Assembly (NCBI GenBank): GCA_010909165.1
Contig: MU008156.1
Span: 434,001 to 498,000 of the forward strand
Direction: 5' to 3'
DNA from: Anthoceros angustus
Lineage: Eukaryota; Plantae; Anthocerotophyta
DNA: 64,000 nucleotides
Notes under the pieces: model-generated
The model's database searches: none
What the model saw: only the letters and a program-made list of their open reading frames with translations
Told to the model about the DNA's origin: nothing
Translations under genes and position numbers: made by a program
Part shown: in pieces, positions 1-12,611 of the stretch
Layout: every line of letters begins with the position of its first letter
How positions within the stretch are numbered: position 1 is the stretch's first letter

Positions 1-245
1 GCTTCCCGGCATAGATATTGCGGTTGCTGCGTGTTCGGTCGTGAATGCCTCGGTATCGGCCTGACCAACCTCAGCACTTCTCGGTATCGGCAGTTTAGCA
101 GCTGAGATTCGGCATCCTTGGCCTTATCGGTCGAGCGGGCTGGTTGCTGCTGTGCATCCGTTCAGGCTCCACAACTGGACGTATGCGCGCCGTGGGGGAT
201 ATCGTCTCGCCGATTGCGTGCAATTTTTGCTCAGGAGAGTGAGGC

Positions 246-1644
246 ATGCCTCGTACTGTGGCGTGGCTGTTGCTGCGCTTGTTTCACTTGATCTTTCGGA
301 TCGTGAACTGGATCGCGCACTACGCTGATCGGTGCGCCCGCCTGCTCAGAGCTAGTCCGTCGGAATATTTGAGGAACGGGTTTAATCAGAAGAAGGGACC
401 CTGGAGTGTGGCAGTGGTGCTGGAGAGCGCGGAGGTTCTCGGCCAGGAGATAAAGATTCTGGAGCTGCTGCAGTGGTTGGCGGCTGCCAGGGTTCAGCAT
501 GTCTCGCTATATGACGTGAAAGGTAGCATTTGATCTCATTCGCACGCTGACACAGTCAACTGGCAGTCGTCTTCCTGAGGGTTTAGGGTTCTTCATTCAG
601 GTTTTTCAAAAGAATATCTGACGTTTGTCCCCGTCTAGGAGTCTTGAAGAATCTGCAGGAGGATTTTGAGAAGGCGCTGGACTGTAGCTGTGGTGAGGAT
701 CAGAAGTTGTCTTTCCACTCGCCTAGAAAGGTTAGCTACTTGATCCTTTTCTAGCTTTTGAAAGTCAAGGTTGTTAGAGGTAAGGGTGTCCCCCGCATTG
801 GGAGAACAGTCCTCGCAGCCTTGAAGCGGATTTCAGACAGTTTACATTCCCAAATCTTCTGGTCTGGAAGATCAGACAGTTTTGCTCCGACTGGAGCTCT
901 GCCTAAAGTGCTCACAACCAAAAGTTTTTTTTGTGTGTGGTATTGGTTAGTGTAGTACTTGCTTGTGTTTAACTGCTGCTTGTCTGAACTCAAATGAAAA
1001 ATCAGGCAGGGCTTGTATTTCAGCTCTCTAACCTGTCCTCTGCTTGCGCAAACAGGAGGTCATGAAAGTGGAGCTTCTCTCTCGTGAGGATGGAAGAGAG
1101 GCCATTGTGATGGCTGCCAGGCATATTTGCAGTGGCGCCTTAAAAGCCCATGCACACGGGAAGGAGTTGAAGAAAAAACTCTCAGAAGCTGATGTAGATG
1201 CAAGTTTGCTGGCAACAGGTAAAAGGAGTTTCAAAAGATGTGTCGTGATCTACTTTCCTGTGCAGCGTTGTCTCACAACAGTGCTAAACCTTCTGACAGG
1301 ATATGTAGGCCCAGAACCAGATTTGCTTCTTTCTTTCGGCACAACAAAATCCCTCCTCGGCTTTCCTCCCTGGCGGTTGCGGTTAACAGAGATAGTGTAA
1401 GGAGCTTCCCCTTGTTGGTTTCTTGAGACTTGTGTACGCTCGGAAAGATTTCTGTACCGACTGTCTACTGTCGGTCTGCCGTTTAAGAGCTGCATTGCTG
1501 GAAGGTTGACCTCCTGGTGCCACCGAAACTCATCCTAGACATGTTTTGGACAGGCACATGGGGCGGTTCAGAGACCTGACAGCACCTTTGTTCACCTCAG
1601 CCCTTGAGGAGTTCGCTCAGAAAACCCAGAGATATGGGAGATAG
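246..1644 (+). CDS. NUS1: Nogo-B receptor/NUS1-type cis-prenyltransferase subunit (dehydrodolichyl diphosphate synthase complex), 5 exons
   Basis: Exons 246-522, 639-730, 1056-1218, 1300-1396, 1554-1644 join in frame with GT-AG ends. Motifs: VSLYDVKG, GPEPDLLLSFG...LLGFPPWRLRLTEIVH, and C-terminal QRYGR* (the RxG tail typical of NgBR/Nus1/LEW1). Confidence 0.9.
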
Positions 1645-2987
1645 GTCTGCCGATACACAAGCCTGGCCTCTAAACGTAACCTCAGGCCGATGACTTTTCC
1701 AGTGAACAGGTGCGTAGAATTTTGGGTGCTGACAATGGCTTTTTCCATCTCTGAGTGTCACAAACTAAAAACTTGTTTGTTCGTTGCAGGGCACGTTTCT
1801 CAGCGAGGTGGATAACCAGGGACAATCTGTATCCATACGCCTACCAGGATTGAAAGGAAAAATTGTTTAGCCATTTGTACAATACATATGTACTATGTTT
1901 CCGCCGCTCATTACAGATTATGAGTGCCGATAATTGAGACTTCGAACTACTCGTTCGACGCTGTTGCCTACCATTTTACAGAAACCGTTGTCGCGGCAGA
2001 GCCCTATCTCCTGGCTTCCATTTTTCGCATTGCAGCCTGGGGTGGCTTCCAGGGCTGTGTTCTGAGACATTTTGCTGGAGCATTAGGCGTTTATATAACA
2101 GAGATTCTGAGGCCCAAGACTTGTCATTCTTTTAAAACTCACTGCACTTATCCTGGCATCTTGGCATCCAGTTCGTGGGATCCGAGCTTGGAACAGCCTG
2201 TCCACCTGCACCAGCATTGTGGGTGTTGGGCACCCACGGATACATTACCCCATGTAGAACAGTAGAAACCGAATCAGTGCTGAGCATGACCTGCGGGCAT
2301 GGCGACATTGACAAGGTATGGCTCCAGTGTTCCACCCTGAAAGTCGCAGAGAAGAGCGATTGTCACGACATCGGTGTGGTACTTGTAGAGCCTTTGACGG
2401 GAAGCCTCACCCATGGATCCTTGTTGCGCCGCCATGGGGTAAGCGTTGTATGTAACAGGGATGAGGCAGAGAGCATCGGACGAGCGAATCGACCCCTTCC
2501 GTGAGACATCGAAGAAGCTGTTCTGCCCTTGCCCGCGCATAGAAGCACAGAAAGTATGGCAAGACAAAAACTTCAACGTCGCTTCTTGCAATCTGGCACG
2601 AACTCATGAGCAACAACAGACACTCGGAACCTATCGTTATGATCGCATTGTTTGTCCGACTGTCTGGCGTGTGCGTGAGAGTTGTACAGCTTTTCAGGGG
2701 TAGGGCCATGAACACACATTTGTCAAGACAGAAAACAACGGATGTGCCGCAGTACTTGGGGCAACGGTAGGTCGTATTGATGTGCACTCCCTGGTCCCAG
2801 ACCGGCCTACCATAAACAGATCCACGCACATGAAACAATTCTGCATCGCACGATACAAGCTTACAGACAGGCCTCGCCAGAGCCCAGCTGACAACGCTGC
2901 CGCTGCTGTTGCTGTCAGGATTCCAGCAGCAGTTTGAGGATGTTTACCAACTACCGTTCACGTCTCGGTTGCAAGCAAGCTTCATAG

Positions 2988-3086
2988 CTCCGTGCTGCAT
3001 TGGAATTCCACTGTGGTCGCTGTCGTGATGGACACAGTGTGTCCATCACGACAGCGACCACTGTGGAATTCCAATGCAACACGGAG
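2988..3086. repeat. Near-perfect inverted repeat (48-bp arms, 3-nt loop)
   Basis: Arm 2988-3035 is the reverse complement of arm 3039-3086 with 2 mismatches; loop AGT. Confidence 0.95.
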
Positions 3087-3596
3087 TCAGCGGAGTTTGT
3101 CAGTCAGTCTTAAAAAGTGGCCACGGAGACAAACAGATGGTGCCTTTGCTTAATCAAGCTTGCACTGGAACGAATTGATCATCACGGTATATAAATCAAC
3201 ATTCGTAAATGGTTCAGAATTTGATATCTGCTAGACTCTTCCACAACTTCTGAGGATACAGTACCAATAGAGGGTGATGGTGCTGAATTCGCCTGTTGGG
3301 AAGCTCCTGAGTAATCTCTTCTCGCAAAATTCCATGGTGGTTTCATTCCGACTAATATATGCTTAGTGAGGCTGCGAGCTATGATGTGGAAATTCGGAAC
3401 AGTCCGCTGAGTCGTGTGAGTGGTTGCTACCCTTGTTGTTGTTACCGTCCTAAGCAGCTGTGAAATCTCCATCTCTGTCAGCATATCATGTCGGTTGTTG
3501 AAGAAGTGGAGCAAGTATATGTTAATGTGCGGCCAGTCTGACCTACATAAACCTTCCAGCTCGATGATTGATTTCTCTACACTTGTCTACAACAGG

Positions 3597-5754
3597 ATGA
3601 AGAGCTCTAGTATGAGGCTAGCACTGGCCTTGATGCATGCCGTCGCACACCTCCTTGTCAGCTCTGGCCGAGTGTGTGGCGATCCCATCCCCGCGCCGGA
3701 GCTGGAAAAGTGTCATCCAGGAGCAGTCGACTACCCACATCTGCACATACCCATAGAATGTTGCCCAGTGCTACCGACCAGGCCCGTTGTGGAGTTCTCC
3801 TTTGCCAGCCTAGAAAATTGGCCCATGAGAGTGCGTCCGCCTGCACACAAGCTCGACCCGGCTGCATCTGCCCGCCTGAATCGAGCCTACCAGCTCATGA
3901 AGAGCCTGCCCGACGACGACCCCCGCTCCCTGGTGCAGCAGCAGAGGATGCACTGCGCCTACTGCTCCAGCTCCTTCCCCAGCCCCTGGAACACCTCCGA
4001 GTCTTTGCAGGTACGTTGCTCTGCAGTTACATACATCTCAGTGGTCATGTTGTCTGGAGACTGGCATGGGATCATGCATCCATTGACATCAATCCCGAGG
4101 AGGACTTGCTGATCGATCTTGTTCAAAAACAGATTCACTGGTCATGGCTGCTGCTGCCCTGGCACCGCTGGTTCCTCTACTTCCATGAGAGGATTCTCGC
4201 TTCGCTGCTGGAAGACCGCACCTTTGCTCTGCCCTTCTGGAACTGGGACAACCAGAGAATCGATGTGCAGACAGACGAAAATGGTCAGTTACAGTACATG
4301 CCCGGCACCTTCCCCTTAGCCTACTGCGAGGAGGAGTTTCTAGGCAATGTCGAAAGAACCAAACAGCGACTACCTCCTGCTCGGGTGGATTTGAGCTTCA
4401 ACCCCTTACGGAACGGAGGAGAGCCACCCAATGCTTCCATCGAGCAGCCACGCCAGAGCAACCTGAACATCATGCATCAGGTATGTGTTCTCACAGGCAT
4501 GCCAGGAGCCATCAACTGAAGTCCTCTTGATTTCAACAAAATCGTTTCTCACCTGAGTGATGTGCCCTGCCAGGTGATGGTAAGCGCAGGCACGACACCT
4601 CCCCTGTTCGAGGGACAACCCTACCGGTACGGGGACAGCCAAGAGCCTTCCCTAACCTCCTTCCTATTCGGGACCTTGGAAGGCGGGCCTCATGGCAACA
4701 TTCATATCTGGATCGGCGACGAGAACACACCGGACTACGCTCTCATGGGAAACGTGGGGGTTTCGGGAGCAGATCCTGCCTTCTACATCCACCATGCCAA
4801 TGTTGACCGCCTGTGGGAGGTACTGGTGGTCCTCTGCATGATCCCTGACTCACGAAATTGCCCTTATCGGACCCCATGACACTGATGCTTCCAAGAGCAG
4901 GTGTGGAAAACCATTCCTGGCGGATGGAGACACAACAGTGGCGACCCTGACTGGCTCAACTCCCAGTTCGTCTTCTATGACGAGAACGCCGACCTGGTAT
5001 GCCAGACCTAACACGCGCGCCTGCACACCACACCACCGCTGCAGAATCAAGAACAAAAAAGATCCTCTGATGAAAATCCCTGCTCCCATCTGCAGGTAAG
5101 AGTGCGCATCGCTGATGGTTTGGACATCGCGCAGCTGCGATACCGTTACGAATCCGTGCAGGATGGTGACAACGAGTGGATGACATACAACGCGCCGAGT
5201 TGCTCCAGTTTGTCGGAATTGGAACTTCCCTCCTGGCTGTCAAAGCTTCCCAACACGACGCAGAGCGTGGTGGTGGTGGGAGACGCGCCCGTCACGATCG
5301 CCATCGCCAGGCCGCAGCCTTCAGGTGGGATCTGCAGAGAGCCGGGGCGAAAGTGGTTAAGTGGTGACCGACTGAGAGGTCAGTGGTTAAGTGTTGACCG
5401 GCTGAGAGTTATGTTTGATCCGGATGACCCACAGGAGGCGCGTGTGAGGAGGTTCTGGTGTTGGACGGAGTGAGAGCGGAGTGGAGGCAGCCGGTGCACC
5501 TCGAGGTTTACCTGATGCTGTCGGGGAAGCCATCCACCGTTTGCGCCGAGCTTGCCGGTATCCTAACCAGCCCGGCTTACCACGGTCAGGGGCGCGCCTT
5601 CGGGCTGCGTCTCGCCATCGGCAACAAGCTCCGCCAGTTGCGAGCGGCCGGTCTACGGCGCCTGGCCGTCACGCTCCAGGCTGGGCCACAGCATCCCGCA
5701 TCCCGGCCCATCACGATCGACAGCGTCCGCATTGAATTGGTGCCAGCCTCGTAG
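3597..5754 (+). CDS. PPO: Polyphenol oxidase (type-III copper, catechol oxidase/tyrosinase family) with N-terminal signal peptide, 6 exons (PPO-1)
   Basis: Exons 3597 (or ATG 3612)-4010, 4133-4480, 4574-4819, 4901-4996, 5096-5324, 5435-5754. CuA: MHCAYC...IHWSWLLLPWHRWFLYFHERIL. CuB: EGGPHGNIHIWIG...DPAFYIHHANVDRLWE. DWL domain: [23 protein letters not shown]. Confidence 0.93.
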
Positions 5755-6173
5755 CGTCGCCTGTCGCCTTAGTACATAATTAGTGTGTAGCGTGCACGAT
5801 GAGACGCCAACACAAGACTCGTGTGTGGAACGTAACGTAACGCTGGTCTCGAACGATTTTGCGAAACGCGAATTTTGATTCGCGACTCTGTTGCTCCCGC
5901 CACCGGGAATTTGGAACATCGGTGTCAGACTGACCGCTTCCAATTATGTGCTGCTCCTTGAGGATGGGGGATGGGTTGGAAATTCTTCCCAGAGCGTGTG
6001 GCAACTCCGCGCATCTCTTGTTCTTGCATCTGTGTCGGTGAAGGTAAAGCGGACTGCAAGATTGCGGGGTTTCCAGCCCGCTATTTAGGAGGTGTTGTGT
6101 GCCATGGAGGTTCTGTGACGGCTTCTGGCCTCGGTTTGGTTGTGGTTTTCATTCCTTCTGCGGAGGCGGTGCG

Positions 6174-7407
6174 ATGGAGGTGGAAAACGCGTATTACTTG
6201 AGGTGCAGGAAAGACGCACAATGCAAGTGCAGGATGTGTGAGGAAAGCATTGATGCTACCAAGGACCTGAGGTCTGCCAGCCAGCGGCTGTTCCAGCCTG
6301 TCTCCAGTCAACCTAGTGAAGCTGACAGCGTGTCTGGCCTGGAGCAAGGTCCCTCCAAGGTTAAGGTGGGAGCTGGTAAGGCGGTGAGCAAGGAGCGTGT
6401 AGCAACAGTGGAGGAGGAGGAAGTGCACTCATCCATGACCGGAGAGAGGATAGAGTTGGAGAGAGGGGCCAAGTTTGAGGAGACAAGGCAGAGTGTGAGA
6501 AAGCCTTCGAAGCGGGGTTCTGCGTTTTGGAACCGTTTGCAGGGATTGTGGCCTGTTGGATTGCTGGTACTGGTGATTGTCTTGGAGCTCTCCTGGCCGT
6601 GGGCTACAATGGCAGCCTTAGCGCAGCAGCTTAGTGCAGATTTTGTAATGCATCTTGGTGAACAGTCACGAATTAGGGCAAATGTTGCAGACCGCCTCAA
6701 GGTTGTGGAACGGCAGCTTTCCCTGGCTGTCCCTGAAGAAATTGTTGTCAATTGCACGGGAGGTGAATCGAACTGGGAGCTGATTGATGTATGTTATGTT
6801 CCTTGTTGGATTTCGAGCTCTTCGTCATATTTCCTCGCTGACCTCTGTCCGATAGTGAGTTTTCTTAATTGCTACTGGATGAATTGCAGAGCGGAAGTTT
6901 GGTCCATTCTACCTGCGAGCTGTTTTCTTCAACAGCCGAAAAGGTTGCTGTTTGGGGTTACCCTCTCCAGACAGCCGGTCTCTTAGGCCGCTCGATTGTG
7001 GACCGTTCCTTCTACGTTCTGTCAGGACGTGTGCTGGAGGTATGGTGCTCCACACCTTGGTTTTCCATCCTGCCTTATGTCATGCCTGCTGTATCCCATG
7101 GGGTCATCACAATACGAGCTTAATAACATGGTTCATTTGCTGACAGTGGCAAGAGGGAAGGATGGAGTATGTACTCCACGGTGAAGGTGATAGATGGATG
7201 CATTCAAGGTGGGCTGCATCTGCCATTCACCTGGATCCTAACACATGGCTGCTGGAGTATCGTCCTTTCGTCTTTTCTGGTCGTTTTGATGCGCTGCTGC
7301 ATCGGCTGCAATTCCTATCTCCATCAGCACAGGCGAAACTGAAAGAGGTGAAAAATGTAGCAGCCCGTTTAGCCTCTGGGCAGGCTCCTCGACTTCTTCC
7401 CAGGTAG
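6174..7407 (+). CDS. Conserved plant membrane protein, probably ERG2/sigma1-receptor-like ('C-8 sterol isomerase-like') family, 3 exons
   Basis: Exons ~6174-6788, 6889-7039, 7147-7407. N-terminal YYLRCRKDAQCKCRMCEESIDATKDL Cys motif, one hydrophobic helix (LWPVGLLVLVIVLELSW), C-terminal LDPNTWLLEY. Family assignment is from recall, not a search. Confidence 0.6.
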
Positions 7408-8337
7408 CCATCCAGGCAAGACCTGGGCCTTTCTTGCAGGACATGTACAGACGTTTACAACGTAAAAACCTATTATTCCGATTTCTTCAGCTGTAGTACT
7501 TTTTGGATCAATATGAGGCACTTTATTCAATAAATAGACATGGGATGGAACCTATCTACCATAGAACAGTATGGTAGTACCGGAGTAAGGATGGAGGAGT
7601 GATCCTCCGCTCACCCATACTCCATACCCAGGCTCCATACCTTGCGTTACGATGGAGCAGTTATGTTGCATGCAAATAATGGAGAAACATAGACCAATGC
7701 GGAACCTAGAGTTTATTGAAGAAAAAGAGATGGAAATCCCATCTACCCTGAGACAAAGGGGACTATTTTGGTACACCCATTTCAAGTAATGGAGTATGTA
7801 CAACATTATGCCATCCATTTTTCAGCTATCAATATTTTCATATATATATATTAGGCTATCTGGACATTTTCCGAATTCATATTTTCGTGCCATTATGACT
7901 TATTTCCAGCAGCTGATATTATGGAATACCTGTTTTTGGATTTATCGATGGCCGTTTTTCAGTTTTTATATTTTGTTATTTGGGCTTGATTTTCATATTT
8001 GCCTTAATCCATACATTTATCAACTTAAGTTTGGACTATGTTTTAGGCTCCTAGTCTTCATTAAGAGAGAGTTAGGGTTAGCTACTTAGCTCATTAAATA
8101 GCTGATTTTCATCCCTATTTCATAGTGAGTGGGAGTGATAAAATACATTATATATTAGGGCACTATTCATTAGGGCTTTATTAAATCCTAGAATTAATAT
8201 TATTTAATTCTGGTTAGAGGTAGTTATAATATTTGGTTATTTAGTTATTTAGTTACAATAACTTATAACCAACTCATATAAATATTATGTACTTTCTATC
8301 ATGAGAATGAATGCATAAGATCCTTTGGACAAGTCCT

Positions 8338-8660
8338 TGATTCTTGATTGCGGGGCCTGGTCTTCTCGGGCCTGGTACCCTCGTGTGGGTTGTTCCATGA
8401 TTCTCGATCGCGGGACCTACTTCCCCTGGGCCTAGTTGTTCCCTGATTCTCGATGGCAGGATCTAGTCCCCCTGGGCCTAGTTGTTCCCTAATTCTCCAT
8501 GGCGGAACCTAGTCCCCCTAGGGCCCCCCTAGGCCTAGTTGTTCCATGTTTCTCGATTACGGGACCTAGTCCCTGGGCCTGGTGCCCTCCTATGGGTTGT
8601 TACCCGATTCTCAATCGCGGAGCCTAGTCCCCTTGGGCCTGGTAACCTCCTATGGGTTAT
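8338..8660. repeat. Degenerate tandem array of ~46-60 bp GC-rich units
   Basis: About 6 units of the form TGATTCTCGAT..CGGGACCTAGTCCCC.TGGGCCT(A/G)GT. Confidence 0.8.
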
Positions 8661-11645
8661 TTCTCTTTAGCTCGGGGTAAATGGGATTTCCCATCTCCCT
8701 CCTATGGTCCCCTTGGGCCTGGTGCCCTCCTATGGGTTCTTCCCCTTTATCTCGGGTAAATGAGATTTCTCATCTCCCTCTTATGGGTTGCTTCCTTTAT
8801 TTCCCGTCTCCCTCTTATGGGTTGCTCCAGGCTCAGACAGGTGCGTGCAACAAGGTGCTGCCATGGCTCGTCTCAAGGTGCCCAGGATTACTGGAAAAAA
8901 AACCGGGAGGAGGTTGTCCCGCGAGGTATGCATTTGCATTCATATGAGCACTTCCTCAACAGACAACCAAGCAAAACAAATCTAATACGCAAGTATAGGT
9001 GCAAACCAATAACAATAGGAGAGAGTAGATCACACGTCGTGACACAAACACACTCTCCCCACGAGAACAACACACATCGCTCTCGGAGTCATAGCTTTGG
9101 CCTCCTCACAACACTCTTGCATTGCATATCGAGAGGATAAGCTATCATACGAGCTTGTCCTCTGTGAAAGGGTCTATATATACTAACCCTTGGCATCTGC
9201 ATATGCCAGAAATATCCTAAGAATATACCATAATATGCCTAGGCAAGTAATACATACCTTATCCACTTAGCTATTGCTAATCATGTTTGATTCACAATAA
9301 TTAATGCTTAATTAACATAAACATTTTAGATTAATTAATAGTGATTACTTACTTACATTTAAGTAATTATATTAATTAATGCTAATCAAACACTAAACCC
9401 AAGTGCGAGATTAGCGTCCACGGCATGACAAGGTTGTCATCACGCCCCGGCGGGCCTAGTGCCCATAGTCGCCACACTTCCTCTCAATACCGATGTGCCC
9501 GCAGCAAGTTCACCAGGCATCCGGAAAAAAAGAACGAAGGAGCACTCTTGACCAGTTGCCGTGCACTCGCAGCCTTTGTTTGTGGAGACATCACCTGTCC
9601 GGCGCACACGTCCTAGGCCCCCTGCACCAGCTACTATTGTCATCCTTCTATCCTCATTTGAGAGTCAAGGTAAGGAGGAAGAGGAGGAGAAAGGATATGA
9701 TGACTTCCACACAAGTTCAGAACGCTCCGTAGATCAAGGTGAGAGAGCCAGGGTCTTGACGTAGTCGATGTCATGCTGAGGGCACTATCCTATGGTTGAT
9801 GCTGAGCAGCTTTGGATATCCAAGTCAATGAGGGCAGGACAACCTGTGTTCTTGCTTGGCCAGGTAATTAGGGAAGCTGAGGTCCTGAGGAAGAATTGCG
9901 CGCACAAGCACCATTGTCTGCAGCATGTGGCATCGCCATACACACAGCATGAGCAGGCGCCCTTGCTGAAGTCTGCTTCCAAAATGCGCCTTCTAATATC
10001 CTCCTTACTGACCAAGGGTCTGCACATGTTGTCTACTAGATTTGATATGCCTGCACATGGCCAAAAAGCAAGGCAACTAACGGGTCTAGATGGATTTGGG
10101 CATGGCGGAACCTAGTCCCCTAGGCCCCTAGGCCTAGTTGTTCCATGTTTCTCGATTACGGGACCTAGTCACAGGCCTGCCCTCCTATGGGTTGTTACCC
10201 GATTCTCAATCGAGCCTAGTCCCCTTGGGCTGGTAACCTCCTATGGGTTATTTCTCTTTAGCTCGGGGTAAATGGGGTTCCCATCTCCCTCCTATGGTCC
10301 CCTTGGGCTGGTGCCCTCCTATGGGTTCTTCCTTTATCTCGGGGTAAATGAGATTTCTCATCTCCCTCTTATGGGTTGCTTCCTTTATTTCCGTCTCCCT
10401 CTTGTGGGTTGCTCCAGCTCGACAGTGCGTGCAACAAGGTCTTGCCATGGCTCGTCTCAAGGTGCCAGGATTCTTGGAAAAAAAAACCGGAGGAGGTTGT
10501 CCCTGAGGTATGCATTTGCATTCATGAGCACTTCCTCAACGGACAACCAAGCAAAACAAATCTAATACATAGTATAGGTGCAAACCAATAACAATAGGAG
10601 AGAGTAGATCACACGTCGTGACACAAACACACTCTCCCCACGAGAACAACACACATCGCTCTCGGAGTCATAGCTTTGGCCTCCTCACAACACTCTTGCA
10701 TTGCATATCGAGAGGATAAGCTATCATACGAGCTTGTCCTCTGTGAAAGGGTCTATATATACTAACCCTTGGCATCTGCATATGCCAGAAATATCCTAAG
10801 AATATACCATAATATGCCTAGGCAAGTAATACACTTCTGCTTATCCACTTAGCTATTGCTAATCATGTTTGATTCACAATAATTAATGCTTAATTAACAT
10901 AAACATTTTAGATTAATTAATAGTGATTACTTACTTACATTTAAGTAATTATATTAATTAATGCTAATCAAACACTAAACCCAAGTGCAGAGATTAGCGT
11001 CACACGGCATGACAAGGTTGTCATCGCCGACGCCGCGCCGAGGCGGGCCTAGTGCCCATAGTCGCCACACTTCCTCTCAATACCGATGTGCCCGCAGCAA
11101 GTTCACCAGGCATCCGGAAAAAAAGAACGAAGGAGCACTCTTGACCAGTTGCCGTGCACTCGCAACCTTTGTTTGTGGAGACATCACGTCCGCTCCTAGG
11201 CCCCTGCACTACTATTGTCATCCTTCTATCCTCATTTGAGAGTCAAGGTAAGGAGGAAGAGGAGGAGAAAGGATATGATGACTTCCACAAGTTGAGCTCC
11301 GTAGATCAAGGTGAGAGAGCGTGGTCTTGGCGTAGTCGATGTCATGCTGAGGGCACTATCCTATGGTTGATGCTGAGCAGCTTTGGATATCCAAGTCAAT
11401 GAGGGCAGGACAACCTGTGTTCTTGCTTGGCGTGGTGGGCGAGGTCCCGAGGAAGAATTGCGCGCACAAGCACCATTGTCTGCAGCATGTGGCATCGCCA
11501 TACACACAGCAGCGCCTTGCTGTCGCTTCCAAAATCGCCTTCTAATATCCATCACCAAGGGTGCACATGTTGTCTACTAGATTTGATATGCCTGCACATG
11601 GCCAAAAAGCAAGGCAACTAACGGGTCTAGATGGATTTGGGCATG
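8498..11645. repeat. Head-to-tail tandem duplication of a ~1.6 kb non-genic, probably TE-derived segment (8498-10100 and 10101-11645)
   Basis: Both copies start CATGGCGGAACCTAGTCCCC and end CTAGATGGATTTGGG(CATG). The second copy differs mainly by small deletions. A minus-strand KNTGCPALI...QHD stretch weakly resembles a MULE/FAR1 zinc finger. Confidence 0.9.
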
Positions 11646-12190
11646 ACTGGATGAGGTGTAAGGATCTATTGCTAACCATGTCTAATCAATGTATTTATGG
11701 GCTTGTTTTCCAAGTGTATTCCCATGAAACAAGGGAACAATGCTCGAGAAAAAGGGAATGAGCAGGAAAAAGGTAAGTTGGACAGAAATTGATTTTCCTT
11801 CAATGAACTGAGATGAGAACTCCCCCTTTTTGTTCTCAAATATATATGAAATCAACTGACTAACCTAATTTTACTGTCATGTTTATGCAGCTGATACTAC
11901 TACTAACACACCCTGGCCAACATGCGATAAAGGAGTAACGACAAATCCTGTAATTGACAACATGAGATTATATAAACCTGCCCTGCTCCCACCTAGGAAT
12001 GCTCTTTGAATCAACTCCCCAATCAATAGTCAAGTCTATTGTTTGCCACAAACATTCTAGAATCCTTTTTCCTTCTCCCCTTTGGAATAAGGGGACCCCC
12101 TTCTCGAGCCAATTTCTTTTGTTTTATTGTGAATTTTCATGAAATAAATTTATTATATATAATTAGTATATATTATGAGTGTACGGCACT

Positions 12191-12195
<5 letters not shown>

Positions 12196-12221
<26 letters not shown>
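12196..12221. repeat. (TA)n microsatellite
   Basis: About 13 TA units read directly. Confidence 0.95.
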
Positions 12222-12226
<5 letters not shown>

Positions 12227-12557
12227 CCTTTGAAGATTGTGTTTAGATGATGGTTCATGTGGATCTAATGAGACTCTTTTTTTGGAGGGGATTCTCTCTA
12301 AAAAGAAACTCGTTTGAATGACTCAACTGATGAAACTAATTCGACATAACCAACAACTGAATGAAACTGATGAATTTGACTTCGGCAACAAATGAATCCG
12401 AATTACTTCGACATAGCCAACGAATGAACAGACGTGGATATGACATAGCCAACAAATGAATTTGACTTGGATCAATCAAACAAAGCAGGCTATGGACCTG
12501 AATCAATCTTATATAGGCAACAAATGAATCCGACGTGGGGCAAACAAACAACGTTGC

Positions 12558-12611
12558 AACACACAACCTTCTAATCTAGAGTCAGACACGCTACCATTGC
12601 GCCGCATATTC
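12558..12611 (-). pseudogene. Truncated tRNA-Trp-derived pseudogene (anticodon reads CTA)
   Basis: Minus strand reads GGCGCAATGGTAGCGTGTCTGACTCTAGATTAGAAGGTTGTGTGTT, matching the D-arm, anticodon arm and start of the T-arm of plant tRNA-Trp(CCA). The rest of the T-loop and the 3' acceptor strand are absent. Confidence 0.8.

Noticed and set aside
1924-2940. Several overlapping ORFs on both strands between NUS1 and the hairpin
   Set aside because: No recognisable domain or consistent exon chain; may be a decayed gene or TE but cannot be supported without a search.
5820-5945. E2F/MSA-like cell-cycle motifs upstream of the ERG2-like gene
   Set aside because: Only one loose WTTSSCSS match and no exact MSA element; within chance expectation.
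12558-12611. Functional amber-suppressor tRNA
   Set aside because: The T-loop and 3' acceptor strand are missing and the stems are damaged.
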